DNA of 45,609 nt. Origin: an uncultured Methanosarcinales archaeon. Its GTDB lineage: Archaea; Halobacteriota; Methanosarcinia; Methanosarcinales; CAZCCY01. The notes beneath the pieces were generated by a model. That model was not told where the DNA came from. It made no database searches and saw only the letters and a list, made by a program, of their open reading frames with translations. A program made the position numbers and the translations under genes. Position 1 is the first letter of the stretch. Each line of letters opens with the position of its first letter. Below, one piece after another: positions 8,555-17,440 of the stretch. The stretch is taken from positions 1-45,609 of the forward strand of contig CAZCCY010000004.1 in the NCBI GenBank assembly GCA_964497545.1. Reading direction: 5' to 3'.

Positions 8555-9178
8555 TTACAAATTTAAAATCTTGACTGTAGTTATTACCACAACAGTAACA
8601 ATGATAACAGCAAAAAGCACCTCTATTATTTTCATCATACCTTTCACAGCCTTTTTAATCAGCTCAATGTTAGGCTTACCGGTCAAAATCTCAAAACCCG
8701 AATAATTGAACCCCTCATCGCGAGAAGACTCTGAAGAAGACAAGTTTTTGTTTGACGGACAAAGCGGGTCCGAAAGACTGCGTAGATAGGCAATAACCAT
8801 CAACGCCTCTTCCCTGGAAAGGCTCAGATTCCACGCCTCTTTATTCAGACGCAGCCAAGAGCCCATAACATCTTTTTCTTCTGGATCCTGTAAATGTCTT
8901 AAAATATCCTCATCCTCTTCATTCTGCCACCACGAACTACTGGTAAAATCCGGTTGATCCTCGGAAAGCCCCTCACCCACCTTACCATGGCAAAACTCAC
9001 ACCACTTCTTATACAACTGCTCTCCCTTCTCAATAGCAGTAAAATTACCCAAAAAAGGATTCTTCTGAACAAGACTACTTTCATTTAACTTTTCCGCTCC
9101 CGCCGAAGAAAAAAGAATCAGAAAAACCAAAATAATAGCCAATACAACACAACTCCAAGTCCTAGCCAAGAATAACAA
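8555..9178 (-). CDS. Monohaem class-I-like cytochrome c with signal peptide and C-terminal membrane anchor
   Basis: 207 aa. Hydrophobic N-terminus, a single CEFCHGKVGEG haem motif, several N-x-S/T sequons and a C-terminal TM VLFAVIIVTVVVITTV. Non-ATG (TTG) start, so the exact start is uncertain. Confidence 0.6.
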   Translation of the reverse strand: MLFLARTWSCVVLAIILVFLILFSSAGAEKLNESSLVQKNPFLGNFTAIEKGEQLYKKWCEFCHGKVGEGLSEDQPDFTSSSWWQNEEDEDILRHLQDPEEKDVMGSWLRLNKEAWNLSLSREEALMVIAYLRSLSDPLCPSNKNLSSSESSRDEGFNYSGFEILTGKPNIELIKKAVKGMMKIIEVLFAVIIVTVVVITTVKILNL

Positions 9179-9269
9179 CCCCCCAGTCTTCTTTTACTTT
9201 TTATATACTGAGATGTTATTTAAACATTGCTGACTGAGCCACCTGACATTTGTGGCCCCCCCCCCTTGT

Positions 9270-11165
9270 TCAGCTGTTTTTTATGTTTTCCAGTTCTTTT
9301 TCTATTTTTTCCCTGAGTATCCTGTTTATTTTCTCTCCTGGCGCCTTTCCCCGGAGTTTTTTCATCACCACCCCCATGAGAGGGCCGGTCGCCCCAACTC
9401 CCCGCTCCTGGATAAAGCTTCTTCTCTCTTTCACTATCTCCTCGATAAAAGCCTCTATCTCCCCCTGATCCGGCGGTTCCAGGCCGAGCTCCTGAATTAC
9501 CGTCTCCACCTTCCTGGCCGGGTTTTCTGCCAGCTTTTTCAGCAACTCTGGCAGAGCCTCCCGCGGAAGCCCCCCGCTTCCCACCTTTTTGAAGACCTCC
9601 AGGTAGTGGTGTTCCCCCAGGCTGTCCACCGGCACACCCTCTTTTTCCAGCTCCGGTAAGGTAGCTTCCAGCGTCCTGACCACCAGGGTGGGGTTTGCAT
9701 CGGTCTCTCTCATGATTTTCTCGAAAAGCCAATTGTTCCTGGAATAGGCTATCTGACGGGCCAACTCCTCATTCAACCCATAGCCCTGGTATCTCTTCAT
9801 CTTCTCCCTGAGGGTTTCCGGAAGCTCTATTTTCTCCAACCGGCTTGCTGGGATTTCCACTGGCGGCACATCGGTCTCAGGATACATTCTGGCAGCACCA
9901 GGGAGAGGACGCATGTAAGCAGTATTACCATCTGGCAGTGCTCTCCGGGTCTCCTCCGGGATACCAGTGATGGCAAAACGTGCCCGCTCCACCGCAGCCT
10001 CCAGAGCCCTCCTGGCTTTCTGCTCCAGGTCTGCCGCAAGCAGGACACAGTCCCCCCTATCTGCTCCCAGCTCTCTTTTGAGAGTGTCCACCTCACCCTG
10101 GCTTATGCCATAACCTGGGAGCTCGTCTGTATGGAATATCCCCCCAACCCCAGCCTTTTTAGCATAGTCAGAAAGCTCAGTGCCCAACCTGCGTCCAGGC
10201 TGAATCTCCCTGCCGACAAGCCCCCCGAACCCCCGCAGGAGCACAGCCATGACCCTCCCCCTGTTTTTAACCGCCCTCTTAAGAATCTTGGATTCTGTCT
10301 CCTGGAAAATGTGTGTTACATCCACAATCTCCCCTGGGACGCTTGCACCCCTCCTCTTGAGCTCGTCCCGGATTTCCAGGAGCCTGAGCTGCCGCAGCAC
10401 CTCCCGCTCCACAATAGTCTCAATGAGACCGAGCTCCTGGACGCCCTTCACCTCCACCCTCGCCCCATCCCTGATGGAGATATTCACATCCTGGCGGATG
10501 GTGCCAAGCCCCCGCTTCACCCTGCCAGTGGAACGGAGAAGCATCCCGATCTCCTCAGCCACCTCCCTGGCATGAGCAGGCGAAACAATATCCGGCCCCG
10601 TCCCAATCTCCACCAACGGTATACCAAGCCTGTCCAGGGAATAAACCACACTATCACCCCTCTCCTCCACCTTCTGGGCAGCCTCCTCCTCCAGACACAA
10701 CACACTCACCCCCACCCTGCCCTGACTTGTCTCAAGACATCCATCAGTAGCCACAAGCGCAGTACGCTGAAACCCGCTGGTATTCGACCCATCAATAACA
10801 ATCTTGCGCATGGTGTGAACCTCATCCACCACCTTCATCTTCAAAAGCAGGGCAAGCTGAAGCGCAATCTCAAGAGCCTCCAGGTTAAGCCTGCTGGGCG
10901 GCTCCTCGTCATTCTCCACCAGACAGGTAGTATCGTACTCCAGGTAAACAAACCTCCGATTAAGCCTTGCCTCAGTGAGAGCTGCCCGGTCAACCTCACC
11001 CATCTCACTCTGCACCGCCCGCAGAAACCTGAAAAAACTGCCCTTCGCCTCACTTGTGTCCCGAAGACGGGTCGGGCAACCACAGAAAAGCTTACACCTG
11101 GTATCAAGCTGCTGATGAATCTCAAGCCCAGCACGCAAACCCAGAGCCCTGTAATCCATGGACAC
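9270..11165 (-). CDS. gatE: Glutamyl-tRNA(Gln) amidotransferase subunit E (archaeal GatDE)
   Basis: 631 aa. N-terminus DYRALGLRAGLEIHQQLDTRCKLFCGCPT and overall length are typical of GatE. Confidence 0.95.
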   Translation of the reverse strand: MSMDYRALGLRAGLEIHQQLDTRCKLFCGCPTRLRDTSEAKGSFFRFLRAVQSEMGEVDRAALTEARLNRRFVYLEYDTTCLVENDEEPPSRLNLEALEIALQLALLLKMKVVDEVHTMRKIVIDGSNTSGFQRTALVATDGCLETSQGRVGVSVLCLEEEAAQKVEERGDSVVYSLDRLGIPLVEIGTGPDIVSPAHAREVAEEIGMLLRSTGRVKRGLGTIRQDVNISIRDGARVEVKGVQELGLIETIVEREVLRQLRLLEIRDELKRRGASVPGEIVDVTHIFQETESKILKRAVKNRGRVMAVLLRGFGGLVGREIQPGRRLGTELSDYAKKAGVGGIFHTDELPGYGISQGEVDTLKRELGADRGDCVLLAADLEQKARRALEAAVERARFAITGIPEETRRALPDGNTAYMRPLPGAARMYPETDVPPVEIPASRLEKIELPETLREKMKRYQGYGLNEELARQIAYSRNNWLFEKIMRETDANPTLVVRTLEATLPELEKEGVPVDSLGEHHYLEVFKKVGSGGLPREALPELLKKLAENPARKVETVIQELGLEPPDQGEIEAFIEEIVKERRSFIQERGVGATGPLMGVVMKKLRGKAPGEKINRILREKIEKELENIKNS

Positions 11166-11235
11166 CGACTAACGAGCCAGAGAGATAAAGCATTGTCGGA
11201 AAACCTTTACCACCATAAAGTGCCGTGTTTAACCT

Positions 11236-12546
11236 ATGAGCATTCTCACCATCGCAGCCTCAGATTCAGGCAGTGGTGCCGGTATCCAGGCAGACCTTCT
11301 GACCCTGGCCGCATTTGGATTCCAGGGTGTGTGTGCTGTCACTGCTGTCACCTCCCAGAGCCCAAGAGAGGTAAAAGAGGTTCTAACTCTACCGTCTGGT
11401 GTTGTGGCAGATCAGATTCAAACCGCGGTGGAAGACTATCGTGTAGAGTGGGCTAAAACCGGCATGCTCGCCACCCAGGAGATTGTGGGTGTGGTGGTGG
11501 AGTTGGTGAAAAGATACCGCCTTAAGGTTGTGGTTGACCCGGTGTTGAAGGCGACAAGCGGGGCTTTACTGCTGGAAAAACCAGCCCTCAGGACCCTGAA
11601 AGAGGAGCTTTTACCCCTTGCTGTCGCTGTGACTCCGAACCGGGGGGAGGCTGAGGTTTTAAGTGGAATTAAAATTAGAGACAGGCTGGACGCTGAGAGG
11701 GCGGCAAGGGTTATTGGCAGCCTTGGTGTGGAAGCTGTGATAGTCAAGGGTGGACACACAGATGGGGTGGATTTACTCTACCAGTCCGAGGATGGTTTCA
11801 CCTATCTTGGGGAGAGAGGACATCTCAGAGAGTGTCATGGTACAGGTTGTGTTTATTCTGCAGCTCTTACCGCAGGGCTTGCCATGGGATCAGATTTCGT
11901 GGAGGCAGCAGCCCTCGCCCGGGACTTTGTGGCTCAGGCGGTCCTCGGAGCCAGAAACCAGCAGGTATTCCCACTCCACCAGACCCTAAGGGAAAGAGAA
12001 AACTTCCGGGCGCTTGAGAGTGTGAAAAAGGGAGTGGAACTCCTGGAACAGAACCCCTGTTTCTGTTTTCTAATCCCGGAGGTGGGAAGTAATCTTGCGG
12101 TGGCCCCGGCACATGCCAGCACACCAGCAGAGGTGGCAGCAGTCCAGGGCAGAATCGTGAAATACCGGGGAAGACCAAAAGCAGTGGGCTGTCCAGAACT
12201 GGGTGCCAGCAGCCACATCGCAAGGATTGTGCTAACAGCGATGAAATATGACCCCCAGGTGAGGGCGTGTCTGAACATCAAATACACCCCGGAGACACTG
12301 GAGGCCTGCCGCAAGCTCGGCCTTACAATTTCAAGTTTTTACAGGGGGGAAGAGCCGCCAGAAACCAGCACCATGGAATGGGGCGTCAGTTATGCCGTCC
12401 AGAGTCTTGGGGGCGTGCCCCAGGTAATCTACGACACCGGGGATCTGGGCAAAGAGGCTATGATTCGCATCCTCGGAAAAAACGGTGTGGAAGTGGCAGA
12501 GACTGCGGTAAGAATAGCTGAAAAAGAGAAAGAACAAAAGAAATAA
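11236..12546 (+). CDS. thiDN: Bifunctional ThiD (HMP/HMP-P kinase) - ThiN (thiamine-phosphate synthase) fusion
   Basis: 436 aa. N-terminal ILTIAASDSGSGAGIQADL...KTGML...KGGH ThiD motifs. The C-terminal ~180 aa (IPEVGSNLAV...GASSHIARIVL...) looks like the archaeal ThiN domain. Confidence 0.85.
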   Translation: MSILTIAASDSGSGAGIQADLLTLAAFGFQGVCAVTAVTSQSPREVKEVLTLPSGVVADQIQTAVEDYRVEWAKTGMLATQEIVGVVVELVKRYRLKVVVDPVLKATSGALLLEKPALRTLKEELLPLAVAVTPNRGEAEVLSGIKIRDRLDAERAARVIGSLGVEAVIVKGGHTDGVDLLYQSEDGFTYLGERGHLRECHGTGCVYSAALTAGLAMGSDFVEAAALARDFVAQAVLGARNQQVFPLHQTLRERENFRALESVKKGVELLEQNPCFCFLIPEVGSNLAVAPAHASTPAEVAAVQGRIVKYRGRPKAVGCPELGASSHIARIVLTAMKYDPQVRACLNIKYTPETLEACRKLGLTISSFYRGEEPPETSTMEWGVSYAVQSLGGVPQVIYDTGDLGKEAMIRILGKNGVEVAETAVRIAEKEKEQKK

Positions 12547-12607
12547 GATAAAATGCTGTCCAAAAGTTTTATATTTACCTAGATTTAATAAGGTTGCGGT
12601 GATAGAA

Positions 12608-12940
12608 ATGTCTGCTGGTAAGAATATACTCAAGATACTTGTTGGTATTGTCCTGATGGTGGTTGGTGTTGCCTGGTACTTTGTCAATGTCCCCATTCTA
12701 CCAGGACTGATTGCCGGGATTTCAGAACAAAGCCATCCCCTCTACCTGGAATTACTGGTAGTCTTTGCAGGGTTTTTCGGCCTATTCCTCCTGTTTGTAG
12801 GCCTAATCGTGGCCTGGATGGGCTACGATGACTACCAGATGGAAAAAGAAATGGAAAAAGAAGAGGAAGAAATAGAATCCAGAGAAGAAGAAAGCGAAAC
12901 CGGTGAGGAGGGATCGGAAGAAGAAACTAGCGGAGAATAA
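12608..12940 (+). CDS. Small two-TM membrane protein with highly acidic C-terminal tail
   Basis: 110 aa from the ATG at 12608; the tracked ORF starts at a GTG at 12599. A TATA-like TTTTATATTTA lies about 30 nt upstream. Two hydrophobic helices precede EKEMEKEEEEIESREEESETGEEGSEEE. Confidence 0.45.
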   Translation: MSAGKNILKILVGIVLMVVGVAWYFVNVPILPGLIAGISEQSHPLYLELLVVFAGFFGLFLLFVGLIVAWMGYDDYQMEKEMEKEEEEIESREEESETGEEGSEEETSGE

Positions 12941-12948
12941 AACATATT

Positions 12949-13593
12949 CTAGTATTCAGCTATCTTCCGCTGGCCATTTTTCTTTTTTATCCTCCTGGCA
13001 GTCTCCCACGTTTTTCTGACAAAATCCGGATAATCCTTGCAGGTTTCCAGGAACCTCAAGGTTTTAGGGTCAGAAGGATAACCACTGCCCAAGTCCACCC
13101 CGATTCTCCGGGAGAGCCTCTGGATAGACTCATCCCGACTGGTCTTAGCCAGAATAGATGCCGCAGCCACCAGAGGGTACTTCTGGTCTGCCCGATGCTC
13201 AGAGACAATCTCCACAGGAAACCCACACTTCCCTCTAACAAGCTCTCCGAAACGCCCAGCATCCACATCCGCTGCATCCAGATATGCCCGCTGCGGTTTC
13301 AAAGCCTCAAGCACCCGACTGAAAGCCAGAACCACAATCTGATTCATGGTCATCACACCCCTAAGCTCATCAATCTGCCTTGCTGTCACCTCCAAAACAT
13401 GGAATTCCGCAATTTTCCTGATTTCAGCAGCCAGCACCTCCCGCTTATGCGGCGTAAGAGCCTTGGAATCCACCACACCCAACCCCTCAAGCTCACACAG
13501 CCGGTCTTCTTCCACCATCACCCCAGCCACAAACATGGAACCCAAAACCGGCCCTTTACCTGCCTCATCAACACCTGCAACCTTCAAATTCAA
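12949..13593 (-). CDS. rnhB: Ribonuclease HII
   Basis: 214 aa. VAGVDEAGKGPVLGSMFVAGV catalytic motif and DSKALTP segment. TTG start. Confidence 0.9.
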   Translation of the reverse strand: MNLKVAGVDEAGKGPVLGSMFVAGVMVEEDRLCELEGLGVVDSKALTPHKREVLAAEIRKIAEFHVLEVTARQIDELRGVMTMNQIVVLAFSRVLEALKPQRAYLDAADVDAGRFGELVRGKCGFPVEIVSEHRADQKYPLVAAASILAKTSRDESIQRLSRRIGVDLGSGYPSDPKTLRFLETCKDYPDFVRKTWETARRIKKKNGQRKIAEY

Positions 13594-13882
13594 CTCAACT
13601 CCAGCCCCTCTAGCTGAGGAGCCACCCCCCTAATAAAACGTAATGTCCGAAATAGAATCATCGTGGACAAGTAAGAACTGCATACTTCCACCCCTCCACC
13701 CATTTAAACTGGCTTAAAACTTTACACTATTACAGCCCCAAGCTTACAAACTTAAACAGGTAATCACTGAGGGATTTTTACCAAGATGAAACTTCTCATT
13801 TTCACAGGGTTGCTTTGAGATATCTGGTAATCAAAACAATTAACAGTGATCAGTTTATATCTGTGTATGCATACACAACAAT

Positions 13883-14104
13883 ATGATGGGAACAAAGACC
13901 ATATCTATACGGGATGATGTATATGACATCCTCAAGAACTTGAAAAAAGAGGATGAAAGCTTCAGTGATGTGATAGAGAAACTTGCAGAGAAAAAAAAAT
14001 CAGACATAAGAGAATATTTTGGCGCCTTAAAGGACAGCAGGGTACTGGACGAAATAGAAAAGGATTGTAAGGAAATAAGAAAGTCTGCGAGGCAAAGGAT
14101 TTGA
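13883..14104 (+). CDS. vapB: VapB-like antitoxin
   Basis: 73 aa, TKTISIRDDVYDILKNLKKEDESFSDVIEKL type. The stop overlaps the PIN toxin start (TTGA). Low-GC patch. Confidence 0.6.
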   Translation: MMGTKTISIRDDVYDILKNLKKEDESFSDVIEKLAEKKKSDIREYFGALKDSRVLDEIEKDCKEIRKSARQRI

Positions 14105-14487
14105 TAGTACTGGATACGAGCTTTATTATAGATTATTTCAGGGGGAACACAAGGTCTTTTGAAATTATCTCAGATTCAGATGTGGCAACAACCGTAATAG
14201 CCTATCACGAGATTTTCTCGGGGATAAAACACAGGAAAGGGAAAAATGAGGAAAAGGTTTACAGGAGATTCTTTTCTGACATCAGGATATTGGATTTTGA
14301 CTTGAGGGCATCTCAGGAATCAAGTGAAATCATGGCAAGGCTTTTGAGCATTGGAAAAGCTGTTAACGTCCTTGACGTCCTTATTGCAGGTATTGCAATA
14401 GCGAATGGGGCAGAAAAAATTGTTTCAAGAGACAGAGACTTTCTTGAGATCTCCAGAGTTACAGAATTAGAAATCGAGGTTTATTGA
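14101..14487 (+). CDS. vapC: PIN-domain ribonuclease toxin VapC
   Basis: 128 aa. IVLDTSFIIDYF with acidic residues spaced as in PIN domains (D5, E37, D92, D112 region). Confidence 0.8.
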   Translation: MIVLDTSFIIDYFRGNTRSFEIISDSDVATTVIAYHEIFSGIKHRKGKNEEKVYRRFFSDIRILDFDLRASQESSEIMARLLSIGKAVNVLDVLIAGIAIANGAEKIVSRDRDFLEISRVTELEIEVY

Positions 14488-14569
14488 TGGAACTACCATA
14501 ATACCCCGAGCGTCTCATCGAGGTTGACCTGCCCATTAAAAAGATAAGTGAGATTTTTCAGCCTTTGTT

Positions 14570-15760
14570 TTACAGTTCCAGCCCTTCTAGCTGGCTTAGC
14601 ACGTAGTTTCGGATTTCCTGGACGGTTGGGAGTTTTTCTACTGTTTTTCCGTGGTCCAGGTATTTTTTGAGGGCTGGTTGCATCTGTTTGCCGCAGTGGG
14701 TGCATTTTATTTTTTCTTCGAGCCTTGACACTTCGAATTCGTGGCAGGTGGGGCAGTGGTAGAGGTGTTTTTTGCCTCCGAATTTGCCTCGTTTGGCTGC
14801 TGGCTCGCCCTCTTTCTCCACGATGTCCATGGCGAAATCGATGGTGGGGGCATTGGAGATGCTTGTGCCAACACCAAAGCCCCAGACGCCTGCGTCTCGT
14901 AGTTCTGGTATGCTCTGGTCGTTTATGCCGCCTGAGACGACTATTTTCACGTCCTGGTAGCCCCGGATGTCCATCTCCCATCTCACCTCCTGGACTATCT
15001 CTTTGAAGGAGCCCCGTCTGGAGCCAGGGGTGTCCAGCCTCACTCCCACAAGGTTTTTGATTGCCTTGCAGGCCATGAGGGCTTCCATCTTTTCGTCGCA
15101 GTAGGTGTCTACGAGGGCTATCCTGGAAACATTTCTGTCTACGAACCTGTCAAAGGCCTGGAATGCCCTGGTCTGGTCGCCTAGTGTGATTATTAGGGCG
15201 TGGGGCATGGTGCCTTTGGGTTCTTCGCCGATGGCTTTGGCGCCTGCGAGGGAGCTTACAGCGTCACAGCCGCCGATGAACGCGTACCGGTCAATCATGG
15301 GTGAGAGGGCTGGGTGCATCCTCCTTATCCCGAAGGAGATGAGAACCCTGTCCTTTGCAGCTATTCTGCATCTGGCAGCCATGGTGGCGATTCCGCTGCT
15401 GTGGCATATCAGGCCCAGGGCTGGGGTTTCGTAGACGCAGAAGTTCCCGTAGGCGCCTTCGATCACCATCACCGGTACACGTACACCTCGCTGTTGGGTG
15501 CGGTGGCGGAAGACTGTGCCCTCAGGTAGACTGTAGAGTGTTACGTCTTTCCCTTCCAGGAGGTGGATGACCTCTTCCAGGCCTGCGAAGATGCCCCATC
15601 TCCAGTCCCGGGGGAAGTTTCCCAGGGTGAACTCGGCAACCACCTGGACTCCGGTCGTACCCGTACTCTCCAGCACCTGCATGGTGTTCGCGAAATAGAC
15701 ATCAGTGGTGCCGCCCTCCAGGATTTCCTTTTCCCCTGCAATATAGAACCTGCCGGTCAT
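14570..15760 (-). CDS. pncB: Nicotinate phosphoribosyltransferase (archaeal type) with C-terminal zinc-ribbon tail
   Basis: 396 aa. The N-terminal type II PRTase region matches my recollection of the archaeal NAPRTase family. C-terminal YHCPTCHEFEV...KCTHCGKQM. The start overlaps the pncA stop (ATGA). Confidence 0.75.
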   Translation of the reverse strand: MTGRFYIAGEKEILEGGTTDVYFANTMQVLESTGTTGVQVVAEFTLGNFPRDWRWGIFAGLEEVIHLLEGKDVTLYSLPEGTVFRHRTQQRGVRVPVMVIEGAYGNFCVYETPALGLICHSSGIATMAARCRIAAKDRVLISFGIRRMHPALSPMIDRYAFIGGCDAVSSLAGAKAIGEEPKGTMPHALIITLGDQTRAFQAFDRFVDRNVSRIALVDTYCDEKMEALMACKAIKNLVGVRLDTPGSRRGSFKEIVQEVRWEMDIRGYQDVKIVVSGGINDQSIPELRDAGVWGFGVGTSISNAPTIDFAMDIVEKEGEPAAKRGKFGGKKHLYHCPTCHEFEVSRLEEKIKCTHCGKQMQPALKKYLDHGKTVEKLPTVQEIRNYVLSQLEGLEL

Positions 15761-16308
15761 ACCCTCTCCTTGAGGAGCTCCTGGCTGGTTACAATCTCTG
15801 TCCCGTAGATCTGTTTCATGTATTCCAGCGCGTATTGGTGGGCCTGGGGTTTGAGTGCGGCTGTGCAGTCTGAGACTACTACTGTCTTGTAGCCTTGGAA
15901 GTAGGCGCTTGCTACGTTGTTCTGGACACAGATGTCGGTGCTGACACCCACAAAGATGAGGGTGTCCACTCCCAGGTTGCGCAGGTGGCCACTGAGGGGT
16001 GTGTCAACAAAACCGCTGTACCAGTGCTTCTCGATTACAAGGTCGCCAGGGTGGGGTTCAAGCTCTGGGACAATCTCAGACCCCCAAGTCCCGGCCATGG
16101 CATGCTCCCCCCAGACCTCGAGCTCCCGGTCCACCTTGGTGTGAGCATCTCTCAGATAGATAACCGGCACCCCCTGTTTCCGCACACCCTCCAGGAGAGA
16201 CCTAATAGCCCCCAGAATGGCTCTGGCCCCTTCACTGCCAAACCTGCCGGTGACAAAATCGTTGATCATGTCCACAACAATTACAGCCTCTTTCACAGAA
16301 AACACCAC
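15757..16308 (-). CDS. pncA: Isochorismatase-family cysteine hydrolase, probably nicotinamidase
   Basis: 183 aa. VVDMINDF, H..........W and LIFVGVSTDICV (catalytic Cys) motifs. Translationally coupled to the NAPRTase gene. GTG start. Confidence 0.7.
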   Translation of the reverse strand: MVFSVKEAVIVVDMINDFVTGRFGSEGARAILGAIRSLLEGVRKQGVPVIYLRDAHTKVDRELEVWGEHAMAGTWGSEIVPELEPHPGDLVIEKHWYSGFVDTPLSGHLRNLGVDTLIFVGVSTDICVQNNVASAYFQGYKTVVVSDCTAALKPQAHQYALEYMKQIYGTEIVTSQELLKERV

Positions 16309-16330
16309 CCTTGAAAGTAAAGGACGTCTC

Positions 16331-17413
16331 CTATATTAAGCTGTTCACCTCCCGGTAGTCGAACCTCTTTGTCTCCAGGATGTTGTGGATAAAGTTGAAG
16401 ATTTTCTCCCGCACACCCCTGGGTAACACCGGGTACCAGACTGGGCTTGCCACCACAAGGCCCCGGAAGACATAGAAGGGCTGGATCACCTCCAGGAGCT
16501 CGAAGTCCCTGGTTTTTTCCAGGTAGGTTTCGAAAAACAGCTCGTAGAGTTCCTGGAATGCTCCTGTTAGCTTGCCGTGCTGCTGGAGGGAGTAGAAGAG
16601 GTAGTTTATGGTTAGGGAGGATACGTCGTCTGCCGGCTCCCCATATTCACCCCGGCTTCTGTCAAGGACTGTGAAATCGGTGTTTTGTCGGAAAAGTATG
16701 TTCCAGGGATGGAAATCGCCATGGGTCACCGAGAGCCGGTGGTATTTGTTGCGGAGCTTCCATCTCCATTCCACACATTTTTTCTCGATTTCACAGAGCA
16801 CCTCTGGTGGAATCGACCCCTCTGGGTAGCTGTCTGTAAGCCCGAAAATGCACTCCCCATGGCCGATGGTGTCCCGGATTTTACGATAGTAAAGCTGCCG
16901 GTTATCGTGTTTGGTGCTGTGGATTTCTGCCAGATATTCTGCCAGGGCCACCACCCGCCTCCGGTCCAACTCCACTAGCCTGCCTCTTTTTTTAATCTGT
17001 TCAAGGTCGAGATAGTATTCTTTTCCCTCCACCTTCTCCATGAGGATGAAGTATTCCTCAGCCTTGCCTGCCGAATGCAGTTCTCCATCTTTTGTGAAAT
17101 AGCCTATGTCCAGGGACCTGGCATGTCTTGGGAGCCTGTTGAAATTCCGGTGTTGCTCCAGTAGAATCTGGGCCCGGTCGCTGGGATAATCATGGCCAAA
17201 ACCACCCTGCACCCGCATGGAGGAGAGAACCGCCTCCCTCACCTGGCCGCCTAACTCATAGACTAGGAGATAGGGGCGTCCGTAGCCAAACCCCTTCAAA
17301 ACCTCTTCCCCCTGGGTCTCACCCAGCGGTCGGATGTCTATTATCTTCACCTTGGTACCATAAAGCTCCTCAAGATAGCTGGCAACAGCCTCCTGGAATT
17401 CCAACTTTAACAT
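16331..17413 (-). CDS. Aminoglycoside-phosphotransferase/choline-kinase-like (APH fold) kinase
   Basis: 360 aa. Catalytic loop VTHGDFHPWNILF and downstream VLDRSRGEYGEPADD. Substrate unknown. Confidence 0.65.
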   Translation of the reverse strand: MLKLEFQEAVASYLEELYGTKVKIIDIRPLGETQGEEVLKGFGYGRPYLLVYELGGQVREAVLSSMRVQGGFGHDYPSDRAQILLEQHRNFNRLPRHARSLDIGYFTKDGELHSAGKAEEYFILMEKVEGKEYYLDLEQIKKRGRLVELDRRRVVALAEYLAEIHSTKHDNRQLYYRKIRDTIGHGECIFGLTDSYPEGSIPPEVLCEIEKKCVEWRWKLRNKYHRLSVTHGDFHPWNILFRQNTDFTVLDRSRGEYGEPADDVSSLTINYLFYSLQQHGKLTGAFQELYELFFETYLEKTRDFELLEVIQPFYVFRGLVVASPVWYPVLPRGVREKIFNFIHNILETKRFDYREVNSLI

Positions 17414-17440
17414 CTCCTTTCCATTATAATATTTTTTGGG

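Noticed and set aside
9256-9265. C10 homopolymer just 3' of the gatE stop
   Set aside because: It is intergenic and short. It is most likely a neutral or slippage-prone tract or a sequencing-sensitive site, and its position suggests no functional inference.
9220-9732. 170-aa Gly/Arg/Lys-rich minus-strand ORF and the overlapping plus-strand ORFs at 9250-9659
   Set aside because: These are alternative frames over the 3' end of gatE. Their composition is an artefact of the purine-rich coding strand.
10131-11456. 441-aa plus-strand ORF
   Set aside because: It is antisense to the well-supported gatE gene and runs into the thiDN start. Its Pro/His/Leu-rich low-complexity translation has no motifs. 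The open frame results from the strongly biased third-position composition of gatE.
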